A stretch of DNA of 32,000 bases from Nitrosospira multiformis ATCC 25196 (GTDB taxonomy: Bacteria; Pseudomonadota; Gammaproteobacteria; Burkholderiales; Nitrosomonadaceae), in NCBI RefSeq assembly GCF_000196355.1, contig NC_007614.1:3150001-3182000 (forward strand), given 5' to 3'. The translations under genes were made by a program, and so were the position numbers. Below the pieces are notes generated by a model, which ran no database searches, had not been told where the DNA came from, and saw only the letters and a program-made list of their open reading frames with translations. This document shows, piece by piece, positions 30,223-32,000 of this stretch. Positions within the stretch are counted from its first letter, which is position 1; each line of letters opens with the position of its first letter.

Positions 30223-31581
30223 CTACTTTCCTATGCAGAAGCGGGAAAAAATTTCGCCCAGCAGGTCGTCGGCGCTGAATTCACCGGTAATCGAAGATAA
30301 AGCCAGTTGGGCAAGGCGCAGTTCCTCAGCAAAAAGCTCGACCTGATCCAGGCTGTTTGCCAGCGCACAAGCAGCCTCAAGATGGGTTCGGGCAGCTGTC
30401 AATGCAGAAAGATGACGCTGGCGCGCCATGAAGGCTCCTTCTCCTGTTGATGGCTGCCATCCTATCATTTCCAGCAATCCTTGCTGGAGGGATCCGATGC
30501 CCGCCCCCGTTTTAGCGGAAACCCAGATATCTGCAGTAGCTGTAGCGGTGGAGACAGTGGAATTCGGGGGAGATTCGAGCAGGTCGGTTTTGTTATGGAC
30601 GACAATGAGCCGCAAACCCGGGGGAAGCGACGCGAGTATGGCCTGATCTTCTGGCGTTATTCCCACTCGGCTATCCACAAGCAGCAGGACGATACTTGCT
30701 TTATCGATCGTGGAGCGTGTCCGCGCCATACCCATTTTTTCGATCGCATCTTCCGTCTCCCTCAAGCCGGCGGTATCCAGCAGATGCATGGGCACACCTT
30801 CAATCTCTATGACCTGCCGGATAACGTCCCGTGTCGTGCCCGGGACCTCCGTAACGAGAGCCACTTCTTCTCCGGCGAGTCGATTCAGGAGGCTCGATTT
30901 TCCCACATTCGGCTGTCCGACCAAAGCAATCCATATTCCTTCTCGCAGCAGGCTACCTTGCCGCGCCGCGCTGAAAACCTGTTCAAGCTGTTGCCGGATG
31001 TGCTCCAATCTGAATTCCAGTTCCCTTCCAGAAATGAACTCAATTTCTTCTTCTGAAAAATCAAGTGAAGCCTCGACAAGCATTCGCAGGTCAGTAAGTG
31101 CTTGCACTGAAGTATGAATAGCGTTGGAAAATTCGCCTTGAAGGGAACGGATGGCGCAGCGGGCGGCTTCCTCGGTACTGGCGTCAATAAGGTCTGCCAC
31201 GCTTTCAGCCTGCGCCAGATCAAGCTTGTTATTCAGGAATGCACGCAAGGTAAACTCCCCGGGTTGCGCCAGTCGCGCACCAGCGGAAAGGCAACTTGCC
31301 AGCAACAGGTTCATGACTGCAGGGCCGCCGTGTCCTTGCAGTTCCAGAACCTCTTCTCCGGTATAGGACTGGGGAGCGGGAAAGTAGAGGGCTATGCCCT
31401 GATCGATAACGCGATCATTTTCGTCGCGAAATCGGGTGAGGCTGGCGCGCCGGGGTTCCGGCACGCAGCCTGCGACCTTGAGAGCAAGCGATTGCAGGTT
31501 TCTGCCGGAAACACGCACCACCCCGATACCTCCCCGACCCGGAGGCGTTGCAATCGCGGCAATCACATCAGAACGGGTCAT
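30223..31581 (-). CDS. mnmE: tRNA modification GTPase MnmE (TrmE)
   Basis: MTRSDVIAAIATPPGRGGIGVVRVSG..., G-domain motifs GQPNVGKSSLLN, DTAGLR and NKTD, and the C-terminal CIGK. The ATG at 31579-31581 is preferred over the TTG track start at 31599. Confidence 0.95.
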   Translation of the reverse strand: MTRSDVIAAIATPPGRGGIGVVRVSGRNLQSLALKVAGCVPEPRRASLTRFRDENDRVIDQGIALYFPAPQSYTGEEVLELQGHGGPAVMNLLLASCLSAGARLAQPGEFTLRAFLNNKLDLAQAESVADLIDASTEEAARCAIRSLQGEFSNAIHTSVQALTDLRMLVEASLDFSEEEIEFISGRELEFRLEHIRQQLEQVFSAARQGSLLREGIWIALVGQPNVGKSSLLNRLAGEEVALVTEVPGTTRDVIRQVIEIEGVPMHLLDTAGLRETEDAIEKMGMARTRSTIDKASIVLLLVDSRVGITPEDQAILASLPPGLRLIVVHNKTDLLESPPNSTVSTATATADIWVSAKTGAGIGSLQQGLLEMIGWQPSTGEGAFMARQRHLSALTAARTHLEAACALANSLDQVELFAEELRLAQLALSSITGEFSADDLLGEIFSRFCIGK

Positions 31582-31655
31582 CCTGAGTTCGAATGCCAAC
31601 CTCGCTTATGAAGACGGGAAGAGAGGGGAGTCGGGTCCGGCAATTCCCCTGATCA

Positions 31656-32000
31656 CTAATTTGCTTTCTTCTGCTTGCTCGTATTTGCGGCCGAACCTTC
31701 GATCATGCGCGTGATCTGCCACTGCTGCGCGATGGAAAGCACGTTGTTTACCAGGGAATACAGCACCAGGCCTGCGGGGAAGAAGAAAAAGAAAACGCTG
31801 AATGCCAAAGGCATGATCTGCATAACTCTCGCCTGGATGGGATCGGTCGCCGGGGGGCTGAGCCGCTGTTGCAGGAACATGGAAATACCCATGATTACCG
31901 GCAGCACATAATAGGGATCGGGTGCGGAAAGATCCTCTATCCACAACGCAAAAGACGCGTAGCGCAATTCCACGCTCGAGAGCAGTACCCAGTACAGCGA
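31656..32000 (-). CDS. yidC: Membrane protein insertase YidC (C-terminal part; N-terminus off window)
   Basis: ...[78 protein letters not shown] is a conserved YidC C-terminal region, upstream of mnmE as in most proteobacteria. Confidence 0.9.
   Translation of the reverse strand, partial: SLYWVLLSSVELRYASFALWIEDLSAPDPYYVLPVIMGISMFLQQRLSPPATDPIQARVMQIMPLAFSVFFFFFPAGLVLYSLVNNVLSIAQQWQITRMIEGSAANTSKQKKAN

Overview
This window looks like an origin-proximal chromosomal segment of a Nitrosospira-like betaproteobacterial ammonia oxidiser. That assignment rests on my reading of the AmoA/AmoB/AmoC sequences and the operon layout, and needs a BLAST check. Nearly all real genes are on the minus strand. 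From right to left: yidC (partial) and mnmE. Then a ~3.2 kb poorly coding gap with an IS5/IS427-type insertion sequence, three consensus parS centromere sites and a tandemly duplicated ~350-bp module. Then mnmG-rsmG-parA-parB. Directly after parB comes the complete ammonia monooxygenase/copper cluster amoC-amoA-amoB-amoE(orf4)-amoD(orf5)-copC-copD, followed by a His-rich periplasmic protein. Further left are a plus-strand UMF1/Atg22-like MFS transporter and a visibly AT-richer, decayed island anchored at tRNA-Thr(CGU) (about 7.6-12.3 kb). The island carries two att-like repeats, two integrase fragments, a HEPN-like ORF broken by a perfect 19-bp tandem duplication, and orphan ORFs. The left end is housekeeping: aroQ, accB-accC, prmA, a zinc-ribbon membrane protein and mlaF-E-D-C (mlaC partial). 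Most long plus-strand ORFs in the track are antisense shadows of GC-rich minus-strand genes. The items most worth follow-up are: (1) the parS-bearing duplicated module, with a ~160-nt conserved core of unknown nature, hit by the IS; (2) the extra His-rich exported protein at the distal end of the amo-cop cluster, plus the fact that all five exported proteins there are predicted to mature with an N-terminal His; (3) the three-domain CopD-cytochrome c-thioredoxin-fold fusion; (4) the decayed tRNA-Thr island with a freshly frameshifted HEPN-like gene. No CRISPR array or rRNA was seen.
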